From Eledone cirrhosa (Eukaryota), in contig OZ024747.1 in the NCBI GenBank assembly GCA_964016885.1, forward strand, positions 78,740,001 to 78,804,000: a DNA stretch of 64,000 nucleotides. Direction: 5' to 3'. Position numbers and translations under genes: made by a program. Shown one piece after another: positions 13,358 to 26,860 of this stretch; positions within the stretch are counted from its first letter, which is position 1; every line of letters begins with the position of its first letter. Below the pieces are notes generated by a model. That model saw only the letters and a program-made list of their open reading frames with translations. It was not told where the DNA came from and did not search any database.

Positions 13358-13685
13358 TAATGTATAATAAACAATACAACATAATTACCTCGTTACCAGA
13401 GGTTTCCCGAATAAGACGAATACAAGAAGCGTCCGCCAGACAAGGCAATTTAAAACATAGTGAAATATTTGAAAAATCTCCCTCAAGAAAGGCAAAAGTT
13501 TAATGGGCATATATATATTTTTTTTGCCCGTTAAACTTTTGCCTTTCTTGAGTAGATTTTTCAAATATTTCACTATGTTTTAAATTGCCTTGTCTGACAA
13601 ACGAATGCGGACGTTTCTTGTATTCGTCTTATTCGGGAAACCTCTGGTAATGAGGTAATTATATTGTATTGTTTATTATACATTA
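13358..13685. repeat. Inverted repeat (hairpin), ~150-bp arms and ~15-nt loop, between (TA)n tracts
   Basis: 13358-13509 is the reverse complement of 13525-13685 apart from a few mismatches and small indels. Confidence 0.93.
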
Positions 13686-15952
13686 TATATATATATATAT
13701 AATTGAAAGAGCATCGAACAAATTGCCTTGTGGTATTTGTTGCAGCTTGTTATTTTCTGAGTTTAAATTCTGTTGAGGTCAATCAGTATAACCGTACTGC
13801 ACAGTACCTTGGGTAGTTGTCTTTTCTACCATAGCTTTAAGTTAACCTAGGGCTTGTGAGAGAATTTGGTAGATGGAAACCGATTTAGTAGAGAATATCT
13901 AAAAACTGGTTTATTAGTTCAAATGTTTATAGTATCTTTACTAGTCCACTGATCACTGTGAAAATTTGCAATATTAGAGTAAAAACTTCAATGCTTAATC
14001 CAACACAGTCATAGTTCTGTTTTATACTTTCCAAGAATATATTGTTAATGTGGTTTGATGAGATGCAGGATGTGAAGAGCTTATAGATGTTTTGTTTTCA
14101 GCAGTTGTTTGTTACATTTTATGTATTTCAATATTTCTTAGCTGAAAAACAGGTGCCATTCTTATTTCTTGTTTAAGAACTTGGTTTTTCTTATGTTATC
14201 ATATATCTTATCGGATATAAGGATAAAAAAAAGACCATGTAATGTTTGGCATAAATTTGGTGGAAATATATATCATATAGGTGAACAACAAAGTGTTGTG
14301 TGAAATAAGGTGGTTGTGGGAGAGTATAACTAGAAACCCAAAAAATCTATTAACTCTTAATGTCCTGTACCGCATGAAACTGCATTAGCAAGGGATTCTT
14401 TAAAAAAACAGCACTCTGATTGTATTATTAAAAATCAAAGTCTTTCCTCTATTAATGCACATTTTTACAACAATCTGACCACTAGAAAATATAGATGTTA
14501 TAAACATTTAAAAGGACAAACCCATTTTTAGATATTTCCTGCTAAATCACAAGAGTTAAATGGTAGAGAGAGAGAGAGAGAGAGAGAGATGGGGAGGGGA
14601 ATGTAGTATGGCAATGACTAAAGGTTTGTATTAAGGGCAGATTTATATATGACGCAAATAACCTTCTTTTGAATTCAGTTAAGATGTCAGTTATTACAGA
14701 AGAGTGTCATTACATTTATGAAAGGAGGACACCATATTGAAACTGATCTGCTAAAAAAAGCATTTACTCATTTTAAAGGAAAAGCTAAGTTATTAGATGC
14801 AGTTTTAATATGAAACTTCTATCAGAAATCATTGGAGATGGTGAGTTAACAGCCTCTTTTGAGTGTGGAATAATAAAAGAGCGTACAACAGTTAAAATAC
14901 TTGCTTCAATAGTTCAAATTTTATTACAACATTGCTATACTATATTGCTGATCAAGGAGTGACAATAACTAATAGCTCCTGTTTAACTTACAGTTGAGTG
15001 GTTAGTAGCTTGAAGGGAATCCAGCACTAAGATTAAACTGTTCCATGTAAACATGGTAAAAGGATATAAAACTATCAAAATATATGCAGTGGAAAGTTAT
15101 TATTTGTAACATCCTATATGATCTCTTTTAGAGGAGTATTTCAATTAATACACTTGTTTCTATCTACTGAACCTATTACTACAAAGAAACTAATGTAACC
15201 TTATGAATACAAATATCCCCAACTGATACGAAAGGTTAGACGTTATAGCTGTGTTGCATGCAAACTGTTAATGTTTCCTTTCAGCATTTTTTAATTAAAA
15301 ATTTTACATTACAATCATAAAACCATAAATAGTTTTCTTAGTCTCTGAGTTTATATAGTATTAGTAATTTTCTAATTTAATAAAAAAAAAAAAAAATAAT
15401 AATAATTCCTAAATTGTAATAACACAAGTTTATGTACATATTAAGTTATACATTAAATTTAATTAATTTACTTTGAAAGCAATATCTTCAAAAGTACCCA
15501 AGTTAATTATATTCTGTTTGATACACAAGTTATCAGTTCAGGTGTAAAACAAAATGCATTCAATTCTGAAAATGCAATTGGTAAATAATTCATGTCTGTT
15601 ATTTAAACTGAAACGCTTATAAAAAAAATTGTTTCAACGTTCAATACAATTTATATATTGGGATTTTAGTAAACAAAATCATTAGTTCAACTACTGATGT
15701 GTCAAGTGGTTTACCCCAAGATAAAGTATATTTACTAGTCTTTATCTGACGTGTTTGAAAATAGTTAAGAGGTGCACACCCATAGCATTAGTTGTTATCC
15801 ACTCACTATCTCTTACCATCACCCATGTTGTCCTTCAGCCCCCAATCTCTTTCTCTCACACTACCCCTCCCATTATATCTCTCTCTCACACATTACCCCT
15901 TCCTTTGTTACTCTTTGTTGACATAAATTACTTGTTGATTTACATTAGTTTC

Positions 15953-16520
15953 CCCTCCATTACTTTCAACACCTTGTCTCTCCACAACACATACTTCTAT
16001 CACTGACTCCCTTCAATTACTCCCTCCCTTACTACTCTATCTCTCCCCTCCATTACTTTCAACACCTTGTCTCTCCACAACACATACTTCTATCACTGAC
16101 TCCCTTCCATTACTCCCTCCCTTACTACTCTATCTCTCCCCTCCATTACTTTCAACACCTTGTCTCTCCACAACACATACTTCTATCACTGACTCCCTCC
16201 CTTACTACTCTATCTCTCCCCTCCATTACTTTCAACACCTTGTCTCTCCACAACACATACTTCTATCACTGACTCCCTCCCTTACTACTCTATCTCTCCC
16301 CTCCATTACTTTCAACACCTTGTCTCTCCACAACACATACTTCTATCACTGACTCCCTTCCATTACTCCCTCCCTTACTACTCTATCTCTCCCCTCCATT
16401 ACTTTCAACACCTTGTCTCTCCACAACACATACTTCTATCACTGACTCCCTTCCATTACTCCCTCCTTTACCACTCTATCACTCCCCCCCCCCCCACTGA
16501 CTCCCTCCCTTACCACCCTA
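15953..16520. repeat. 93/80-bp pyrimidine-rich minisatellite, 6 copies
   Basis: tactttcaacaccttg recurs at 15961, 16054, 16147, 16227, 16307 and 16400. Confidence 0.95.
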
Positions 16521-16959
16521 TCACTCAGTCTCCCCCATCATACTCTTTCTTCTAGTCACTCTCTCCTTCACAACTGTTTTGAACAAATGGAGACAACATG
16601 CAGAAAATATTTTAGTCTTGCAGGGCAACTTTATAGTGCTGGTGCCATGATAGAATGCACCCAGTACACTCTGTAAAGTGGTTGGTATTAAGCAGGGCAC
16701 CCAGCCATAAAAATCATACCAAATGAAAAGTACAAGGAAGCCAGGGTCCTCCAGTTCATCTATGATGGGTAGTAACCTCAAACAGGAGCTAACTCAGACA
16801 ACTTATACAATCTAGTCTCACATGAAAAAACAGACATGATGATGATGATGACAAATAATTTATTTCATATCAAATTATTTCCTGATACCTTAGATACAAT
16901 TGCTTTTCTTTATTTTTTTAAGGGGGTGGGCAGATCTTGAGACAAAATCATTAATTAAT

Positions 16960-17430
16960 TTTGGGGTCTGTGTGGACGGTGGGACTGGGGGGGGGGGGGC
17001 TGTATGGATGGTGGGACTGGGGGTTGTGTGGATGGTGAGACTGGGGGCTGTGTGGATGGTGGGACTGGGGTCTGTGTGGATGGTGGGACTGGGGTCTGTG
17101 TGGATGGTGGGACTGGGGTCTGTGTGGATGGTGGGACTGGGGGGGACTGGTGGCTGGGGGTGAGACTGGGGGCTGTGTGGGTGGTGGGACCGGGTGCTGT
17201 GTGGGTGGTGGGACTGGGGGGGACTGGTGGCTGGGGGTGAGACTGGGGGCTGTGTGGGTGGTGGGACCGGGTGCTGTGTGAGTGGTGGGACTGGGGGCTG
17301 TGTGAGTGGTGGGACTGGGGGCTGTGTGAGTGGTGGGACTGGGGCTGTGTGAGTGGTGGGACTGGGGTCTGTGTGGGTGGTGGGACTGGGGTCTGTGTGG
17401 GTGGTGGGACTTGGGCTGTGTGGGTGGTGA
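16960..17430. repeat. G-rich ~24-bp minisatellite (gtgggactggggtctgtgtggatg)
   Basis: Tandem units; the array is flanked by the direct repeat aaaatcattaattaatt. Confidence 0.93.
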
Positions 17431-18156
17431 GACACAAAAATCATTAATTAATTACTTTTGTATGACAATGACTTTCTAACAATATAACTTCACTTCTAAT
17501 TAAAAATTACTTATGTAGACAATATATTGAATTAAATATTCCCTCATGATTCCCCAGAATATTATGACTAAAGGTTATTTTAAAAAGATGTTCTTCACAT
17601 CTTTGGTATATTAATAGCAGATAGTCAGAAAATAGAACTTATGTTTAACATTATAAAGGATTAGGGAGAAATATATATACAATAAATAAAATTAAGGTGT
17701 TCGCTCCAACATTGCTGTATACATGTATTTAAAGTTTGTATATCGAATAATATAAGATATGTTTACAAATAAACATTTGAAAGACTTTAGCTAGGAATTT
17801 TAAAGGTGATGGCTGGTGCCATCTATCTTGTTCCAGCAAAAGCAAGTAGGAAGCAACTGGCAGCTGTTTCTCGCTGTGTGGCCATCGTCAAGGTTACGCA
17901 CTGCTTTCTTCACCCCATACTGCAACTCAAATACAATCAATGAATTAATAAATGTTTAGCTTTTTTCTGTCATAGAAATGGTAAAATCTGTCAAAATCAT
18001 TATCAAATACTTATTTAGAATTAAAGGAACAAAAATATAAGACAAAAGGGATGAGTGTTTTAAAATGTTTATAAGTAAACATATAACATAACTGAGTATC
18101 TTGTAGTTTAAGGTGCTATTAGGAATAAAAATGCAGGGGTAACAAAGCAAATGTAT

Positions 18157-18191
<35 letters not shown>

Positions 18192-18491
18192 CCAATGAAT
18201 AGCCATTGTTAGCTTAAATGAACCTTAAAAACCAGGAGTGCCTCACTAGTGAGTACCTGTCTGCAGACACTTAGCTTGAATTCTTTCTGCCTTTGTTCCT
18301 CTAAATATAAGTTTTAAAGAATTACCTTTTCTTTAAATCCATCAACCAATGACCTCCACCCATCCCAAACACCACCCTCTCCTTCCACCAGATAAGGCAT
18401 AAATACCACCATATTACTTAGACAGTGTGCTTCCAGATGATTTCTTCTGAATGGAACAGTTCTAGTCCTGTAGAAGCCATTTCTATATTAA

Positions 18492-18526
<35 letters not shown>

Positions 18527-18532
18527 TACACA

Positions 18533-18704
18533 TGTATGTATGTATGTATGTATGTATGTATGTATGTATGTATGTATGTATGTATGTATGTATGTATGTA
18601 TGTATGTATGTATGTATGTATGTATGTATGTATGTATGTATGTATGTATGTATGTATGTATGTATGTATGTATGTATGTATGTATGTATGTATGTATGTA
18701 TGTA
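18533..18704. repeat. (TATG)n microsatellite
   Basis: Perfect tetranucleotide run. Confidence 0.98.
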
Positions 18705-21161
18705 TTGTTATAACTGTATACATATAAGTATGTAAATTTTGTATATCAGATAATATACAATATGTTTATGAAGAAACCTTTGAAAGCCTTTAGCAATGAA
18801 TTTTAAAAGGGGGAAAGGTGAAGTTGACCACGGTGAGATTTGAACTCAGTAAGTGCATAGAGTTGGAACAAATACCACAAAGCATTCTATCTGATGTTCT
18901 AACAACTCTGCCAATTCACCACACTTGTCCTGCCTGTTAGAATACACAAATGATGGTGATGACGAAAGTTGTGAAATTACTTTCTATTTCTTATTAGTGT
19001 AGTTGTCATCATTGTGCTAGCTTTGATATGATTTCCAATGGTGATCTCAGTTATATAGGTTAACAATAAAGTCAGCTTCAATACATCCTCATCTTGTGTC
19101 ATCTCATCATATAATATTGGAAGTCTTCTTCTTCAGATCTCAATTAATTCTTTACAAGTTTTCTTTGGCCTACTTTAAGTATAGCTATCCATTATCAAAC
19201 TCATGGCACGTTTCTCATTCAGAATGCATTTTTCATTTGTATGACATTTTCATATTAATGCAGTCAGTATTTTTAATCTCCATTATTTTCTCAACTTATA
19301 CTCAGTTTTACCTATAAATTAACAATATACACCAAAAAGACTCCTTTCCCTACAGTTCATATATATACAATGCATTAACTGTTCATATTATATTATCATG
19401 TAGCACCATCGCTTTGTTTTAAAATGTTTATATCTATTTTTAAATATTCCATCATAATTTTATGTAAGAACATTTGTTAAACTATATCCAAAATATCAAC
19501 TTGGCAATGAAGTTATTTGACTAAATCCCTCCTAATTCTTGTATATTTTCAAAAATATTTGAAAACCATTCCCAGTGTATTTCATTAGATATATGGTGAT
19601 GAAAACATTAACAGAAAGAAAAAATGTATCAATGAAATACTAAGCTGATTTAATACCCTGTTTCTTCTAGAAAAATATTTTCATGCTTCATGAAAACAAA
19701 TCAATAGTAGCAAATTACTTGTGCATTAACAGTACTTTGTTTCAGTGTTATACTGTATAACAATATATCTATAGATTGTTAGCCAACACTATGTAGACAG
19801 ATGTAAACTTCTTGTCTCTTTATACACTATTTCTGTCCATGAAGATACTGTATATAGAAACAAGGTGACTACACTGTCTATGACATATAGTATTGGGTAA
19901 AATCTAGAGCAATATTACTGCATCAACAGGTCTTTAATAAATAGCAAAATCTTATGCAAATAAGAGTTCACCAAACATCTAGAAATTGACTTTAATGAAA
20001 ATATTATTAACTTTCTGTTTTCTTTTTCCAAATTTGACATCAACTTCATTCATTTACACACAAATAGAATTATGTAAAAAAACTACCATCTATTACCTTC
20101 ATTGCTTTCTGATGATTCATTTTTGTCTAATAATTATACCAAAAATAGGAATTTAAAACATTGATCAGATTAGTATCTTTTGACTTAGCTGAAATTTTTT
20201 GGAAAAATTTTCCATTTTAATTATTTCATTTTTCCTTTTATACAGGAAATATCCTTCATAAATTTTAATTAAGCTAATCTTATTTTGATAAGAAATATCA
20301 AAATTATGTGACAACATAATACAGTCTGTCAACTAATATTAAAAGTTTATTATGAGTTTCAACTAAATAGATCAGGTTTTAATATTATTATGGTTGGTAC
20401 CCTAGGGGAGTTAGAGAAAATAACATTTCATTATATATTCGAGGTATTTTGTAGATTTTTTTGTTGATTTTTATATCACAAAGAAAACAAAACAAAACTG
20501 ACTGCTTCATAATTACTCAAGCCATATAAATTATAATAATATATGCTTTTGACACCAACATATCTGAAACTGACCCTAGTTTTGTGGTACAAAGCTGCTG
20601 TTTTAATGCATTCATATTTAAATTAAAACTTTCCATCATAATTTTATGTAAGAATATTTTGTTCCAAACAACAGCTTAATAATAGAAAGATGAGGAAATT
20701 CTTCCAAATTTATCATTATTTTCAAAATATATTGAAACATAGGCTATAAGGATTGTGGTAATAGAAAGGTTGTAACACACAGAATGTAGGTTTTCAAATT
20801 GCTACTATAATTATCATCATCACTTCTATAGCTGTTACCATTATCAACATGGTCATCATTAGTGTCACACTAGTCATTGCCATTATTTTTATTAATCCCA
20901 TCATAATTGGCATCTTATTCAAGAATCTTTATCATCTTCATTGCAATCACAGTGACAATCCTCATCACTGTGGGTATCACCATTAATTTACTGACATTGA
21001 CTTCATCATCCTCCCCTCCATTATTGACTGTTATTGTGATCACCATTACTGCCACCGTCAGCAATAAATGACAGTCATTCTCATCAACTGGCCTATATTC
21101 CTTCTAGTCTCTCAGTTCATTAAAATAATTACAAAGCTATACAGCATAATTATATAGTTTA

Positions 21162-21400
21162 TTAACCTTTTTGATACCAACCTGCTCAAAACTGCCTCTA
21201 GTTCTATGGAACAAAATCATCCATTTTAAAGAGTTCCTATTTAAATTAAAATCTTCAAACATGATCTTATATAACTTTTTTGTTATGTTACAACAAACCT
21301 TTTAATTAATGAAATAAATATAGAATAAATATAGAAATCCCTTCAAATACATCATTGAATATACAGCATTTGATGAGATATTTGGTAACGAGAGGGTTAA
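21162..21400. mobile_element. TTAA-flanked MITE copy (opposite orientation)
   Basis: ttaacctttttgatacc...ggtaacgagagggttaa. Confidence 0.7.
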
Positions 21401-21961
21401 TGTAGTAAAAAAGAGACTGAACATCAATGAACAGAAAGCAGCATGATATTTTTATATTTGAGTATTATTCAAGACGTGTATTTAAATCTATTTTTGTTTA
21501 TATTTATAAGGCTTTGCATTATTTTATATATTCACGCACCCACAGCAAAATGAGTAAACAAACTATAAGTTCAACAGATGGTCAGCTAAGATGGTTAGCA
21601 CTTCTCACTTGCAACAACTTCTTTATCTCTCACCACAAAAAAAGACAACATTGTATTATTTACTTTACAAAGCCTAACTACAGTTGAAGAGAGCCAAGAG
21701 GTAAATTAACATTAATTCCAGCAATGTAATAAAAACAAATCTAAAGACCCCAGTCTTCCTTCATATGACAGTGATAATAATACAGATTTAATACAAATAT
21801 ATACTGCAAGTATAAAATTTAAAATGCCACAAGAAGACAGGAGGTGATCTGCCAAGATAAGTGGTACATTCTTGAGGTTTCTCAGTTCTTCTCATCCAAC
21901 CATCTTTTAATGATTTCTAATTTAAGCACAAGGCCAGCAATTTGGATGAAGGAAAGTCAAT

Positions 21962-22441
21962 TACTCGAATACAAAGCCGATCTGAATATAAGCTGACCAC
22001 CTATTTTATGACTGTGGAATAGACCAAAATCCAAACCTCGTTTATAAGCTAAAGTAGGAAATCAACACATTATGTTTAGATAGTATGGTTTTGAAATTCA
22101 CAAAAGGTTTTAATATTTTGATATTTTAAACGTTTTAAGTGTCATTTAGAGTATAGTTTTTGTTTCATAACTCCATTACGTAATGGGTTTTTGTCAATTT
22201 CCAACCATTTTGAAAGCCATATTCATTCAAAACATCAAAAACCATAGGAAATATGAATTTAACAACAAAACTGAAACCAATGTAATATTAACCTCCAAAG
22301 GGAAAGTATTTTAACATCTCATTTACATAGAATTTTGAAGTTGGTGGACAATCAGCAAAAATATTTACCTCAGATATAAGCCAACCCCCTATTTTACCAT
22401 CAATTTTTTAGTCACTTCTCGGCTTATATATAAGTATACAC
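21962..22441. mobile_element. Tc2/pogo-like non-autonomous element inserted in an old Nin-SINE (about 21910-22600, minus strand)
   Basis: Ends tactcgaatacaaagccga ... tcggcttatatataagtata. The SINE tail lies to the left and its Nin core and head to the right. Confidence 0.7.
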
Positions 22442-23268
22442 AATAAGCCAACCCCAGTACTTGACTGATACTTTATTTTATCAGTTCAAGAAAGATGAAA
22501 GACAAAGTTAACATCAGTGGGATCTGAAATCAGAATGTAAAGGGTCATAACTAAATGCAGCAAAGTATTTTGTCCAACAGTAATGACTCTGCTAATCCAC
22601 ATGCCAAGGAAATCTGTTTTTCTCCACCCAACTATTAGTATAACAATAAATAAATAAATATTTATATTTGCTACTGCTTACACTTAAAAGAAGGGGATTA
22701 AATATTCAATATTACAAAGAACATAGGAATGTGTTCTTGGTAAAAAAAATACTAACAAAATATACAGGTACAATATATGAAGTAGAGAGAAAATGTTCAA
22801 AATAAATCTATCTGTAAACTGCTAAGAAATTACAATTTTCATTCTAAACCTATTAATAGGGTGTGTATATTTAAAGCGAAAATACATTCATGAGAGTTGA
22901 ATCACATAGTGTTTATTATGCACACACACACACTTCTTGTTTTTATGTATATGTGTGCATACATGTAAGTGAATATGCACATAAAACATAACTTGTGATG
23001 TTTATGGAAAGGTGTACACCATTAACTGAATAGGTCAAGACAGTATTGTGTTTATTTTTGAAGATGGAATATTAATTCTCCTTTAAAGAGATAAATATAG
23101 TCAATCAAGTATGTGTATTAAAATAAGAAAGCCACCAATCAAAGCAACTTTGTAATTTCCATGCTAGCGTGGAAGATGGACGTTAAACGATGATGATGAT
23201 GATAAAGAATACTAATACAAATAACTGAGATCTATAAAAAGATATTTTCCTATAGTCCAAACCCTTAC

Positions 23269-23287
23269 CTCTGCTTGTATGAGACAT
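23269..23287 (-). CDS. Candidate short first coding exon (MSHTSR, phase 1) of the HDAC gene
   Basis: ggcataATGTCTCATACAAGCAGAG|gtaagg: A at -3, a strong donor, and a phase compatible with the 6317-6543 exon. Could occur by chance. Confidence 0.22.
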
Positions 23288-24931
23288 TATGCCAGATTAA
23301 TAAATTATTAGTACCATTAAATTTTATGAAAAGCCAAACACTTGTGTCTTTCCTTATATATTAACATTCTACACATGTACATATTCCCAGGGTGTATAAT
23401 TTTAACCCTTTTATCATTTACATTACGCTATATATACTATTATATTTTCACATAAAAGCTTTACCTCACATAATTATCTTATAATATCAAATCTATCAGA
23501 TTTTGATATTTATTTTGAGAACAATACCTTAACATCTGTATGAGCAGCCGGTTATAGCTGGTTTGAACAGAAAGAGGTGAGATAATTTTGGCTAGTTACA
23601 GCTGATTTAAATGCTAAAGAGTTAAACTTTTCATAACCATATTTCTAATGAAAGGTAATACTAACAATTTTTTAATAATTTTGAAAACTAACTTTCTCGT
23701 TATTAAGCTGTTGTTTGGAACATAATGTAACAAAGTTCCTTAGAGGACAAATTTTTAGATAAATATAAACATTTTAAAATAAACAGTTTTGTATCATAGA
23801 GCCAGGCAGTTTGATATCAAGTGTCAACGAGATTAATAAGCATAGCATCCACTGAAAATATCTAAAGGAAAGCACACTCTTTGGTCAATTGACCATGGAT
23901 CCTGGGTTTGCCCCTCCAAGGTATAAGTTTAAGAAGACCAACAGTTGCTCATACAAGCTAGTCTCCCTTCACTATGACCCATTCATGACACCTATGTTGT
24001 CTCAGGGAAAGGAAAAGGTCGATATATATTGGAACCAGAGCCGTCACAAATCATTTTCTCCAGTTGAATGTACCAGAGCAATATAGTAAAAAGGCATGTG
24101 AAAAATAATAAAAATTAAAGTTACAGTTTACATGTATGTGGGTTTAGCTGGCCTTCTATGAGGTCATATCTCATCGGAAGTTCCTTGTGTGTTTTTATGA
24201 TAGGGGTTTCAGTCCTATTATGAAAATCAACATGAAATGAAGGGTCTTGCCCAAGAACACAATGTGTTACCTGGTTCAACAATTGAACCGCCAACTTTAT
24301 GAACACGAGTCCAACATGTAAACTGTAAGGCCATGCAGCAGGGATGACTAGCATGGGGAATAATAGATACAAAGACTACAATACAAAAGCTGGAATATAA
24401 ACCTATCAACTGATGCTAATAAAGTAAATATGAGCATTAAAGTATGTATCATAGAAAGATGGAGATTGAAAAATAATGGAAAGAGAACAGTAGAAAGAAA
24501 ACAGCAAAGGTAGGGAGGGAGAGAGAGAGGGGGAGATGGAGGGGGGAGGAAAGAAGGATGAAAGGAAGGAAGGAAAAAACAGATTACAAATAATGTAGAA
24601 GATATCAAATTGCTTGGCAGTTTGGAGGATTGAGAAACAATGAAACAATACTGAGTCATTACATCACATCTTATAAAACAAAACAAGACAAAACATACAC
24701 ACAAACAAACATACATACACACATATACATATAAAACTAACTCATTGGCTACATCACAATAAGATGTAAGCCGAAAATAATATAAGTCAATAATTTAACC
24801 ATAAATGTTTTGGACGAGTGACCAAAAGTAAAGATTACTAACTAACAATTGACCAGTGATTTTTGAAGAGCATTATAAATATTGTTTACTTGGCAACCAA
24901 CTTTACAACATTTTGGCACACATACACACAC

Positions 24932-24962
<31 letters not shown>

Positions 24963-25599
24963 TGCATACATACATACGTGCATACATACACACACACACA
25001 CACATGCACACACAATATTTCTATATTAAAATCTCCCCCTACTCTGTTATATAAGAGCACCATGTGTTGATTCTCTTAACCAGTTATAGAAGTATCAATA
25101 GTAACCTTATATGCTACAGCCATAGTGGTAGGTAGCTGTTATCATAGGCAAAGCTGGAAATGTTTACATCAGAGATTTCTTCTATTCTGCTTGTTATTGT
25201 TTTCAGTAAGCATCTCATGTGTATGTGTATGTGTCTATGTATATGAGTGTGTGTGTATATGTGTGTGTATGTGTGTGTGTGTATGTGTGTGAGAGAGAAT
25301 GAGAGAGAGCGGGTGGGGGTGGAGATTTTTCAGACAAAGGATATTTCCTACAGAGAAACCAATGATAAGGATGACAAATTTAGAACTTGAGATCTATTTA
25401 TAGCTTTGGCTGCTGCTGCAGGTAAAGAGATGCTATTTGCCTATACAACTACAGCTACTACCACTACCACTACCACCACCTACTGCTGCTATCACCACCA
25501 CTAGTGTCATTACAACCATCACCACCACCACCACCATCATCATCAATTAAGTACTAAGACTACCACCACCACCACCACCATCATCAATTAAGTACTAAG

Positions 25600-25633
<34 letters not shown>

Positions 25634-26070
25634 ATTAAGTACTAAGCCTCTGGTAGCTGCCATTACCATAGCATTGTTTCTGTATGAATCCATAGCAATA
25701 GACATTGCCTAGCAGCGTTAGTACTGTAGGCACTGGCTGTCCTTGCTTTATTGTCAACTCTAGCTTCTCTTCATAGCAGTTCTGCATCAGGACAATGGCA
25801 GAAGACAGCAACAGCAACAGAAGACAAGCAGTAGCAGGTGTACAACTAGTAGAAACTAAAATAACACTTAGGTAGAAAGCTAGAGAAACCATGAATGGCT
25901 AAGCAACACCTCCTACACACTCACACACATATATATATATATACACACATACACAAATAACTAATAAACTGATTTCTCTGCGTGGGTGTAAATCAGTGAG
26001 CCAAGACTATATATATATATTATATAAAAATAAAATCAGAATTTTAATTTTCGCTCTAGTGTGTGTGTGT

Positions 26071-26105
<35 letters not shown>

Positions 26106-26143
26106 TTGCGAGGTTTTTTATATGAAATCGTGTGTCGAAACAG

Positions 26144-26440
26144 ATATTGTTATATTTGGGGAGGGTCATATTTGCGTAATATTGCCAGAATTAATAACAG
26201 AACACACTCACTGTTTGGTTGGTTTTCGCTTCTCGCTGTCTTTTATATATATATATCTGCGATCTAACTTACTCGGTCCTCAATGTTGCCATTGACTGAC
26301 CGGCGGTCAAAAATAAAATAATACAGATACAATATAGACAAACACATATATATATAGTTTACATAAATCTTTCGTTGCACATCTGCAACATCGTCAGTGG
26401 TGTTATATTCATTGTTCCTCCTGTTGTGTTGTATGTCTAC

Positions 26441-26471
<31 letters not shown>

Positions 26472-26809
26472 GTTCAAATAAATATATAGACGGACTGAAC
26501 AAAAAAAAAAAAAAAATGGCGTAGACATACAACACAACAGGAGGAACAATGAATATAACACCACTGACGATGTTGCAGATGTGCAACGAAAGATTTATGT
26601 AAACTATATATATATGTGTTTGTCTATATTGTATCTGTATTATTTTATTTTTGACCGCCGGTCAGTCAATGGCAACATTGAGGACCGAGTAAGTTAGATC
26701 GCAGATATATATATATAAAAGACAGCGAGAAGCGAAAACCAACCAAACAGTGAGTGTGTTCTGTTATTAATTCTGGCAATATTACGCAAATATGACCCTC
26801 CCCAAATAT

Positions 26810-26817
<8 letters not shown>
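26144..26817. repeat. Near-perfect inverted repeat, ~325-bp arms and 19-nt loop; probable Penelope-like relic
   Basis: 26144-26476 and 26496-26817 are reverse complements except for poly-T/poly-A length; each arm contains a hammerhead-like core. Confidence 0.95.
26564..26591 (+). ncRNA. Hammerhead-ribozyme-like core (mirror copy on minus strand at 26370-26397)
   Basis: CUGACGA-U-GUUGCA-gaug-UGCAAC-GAAA, i.e. both conserved core boxes around a 6-bp stem II. Stems I and III are weak. Confidence 0.5.

Positions 26818-26860
<43 letters not shown>

Noticed and set aside
16890-17444. Pro/Thr-rich mucin-like ORF
   Set aside because: Translation of the G-rich minisatellite; no splice or homology support.
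17800-17920. GC-richer block with a ttgcag acceptor on the minus strand as a coding exon
   Set aside because: All frames hit stops and there is no convincing donor; it could still be UTR or regulatory sequence.
19000-20050. Possible decayed hAT transposase on the minus strand
   Set aside because: Only a vague compositional impression; no motif or TIR that I can support.
25635-25892. 85-aa hydrophobic ORF as a small membrane protein
   Set aside because: No homology recognised; low-complexity CTG/CTT content explains the Leu run.
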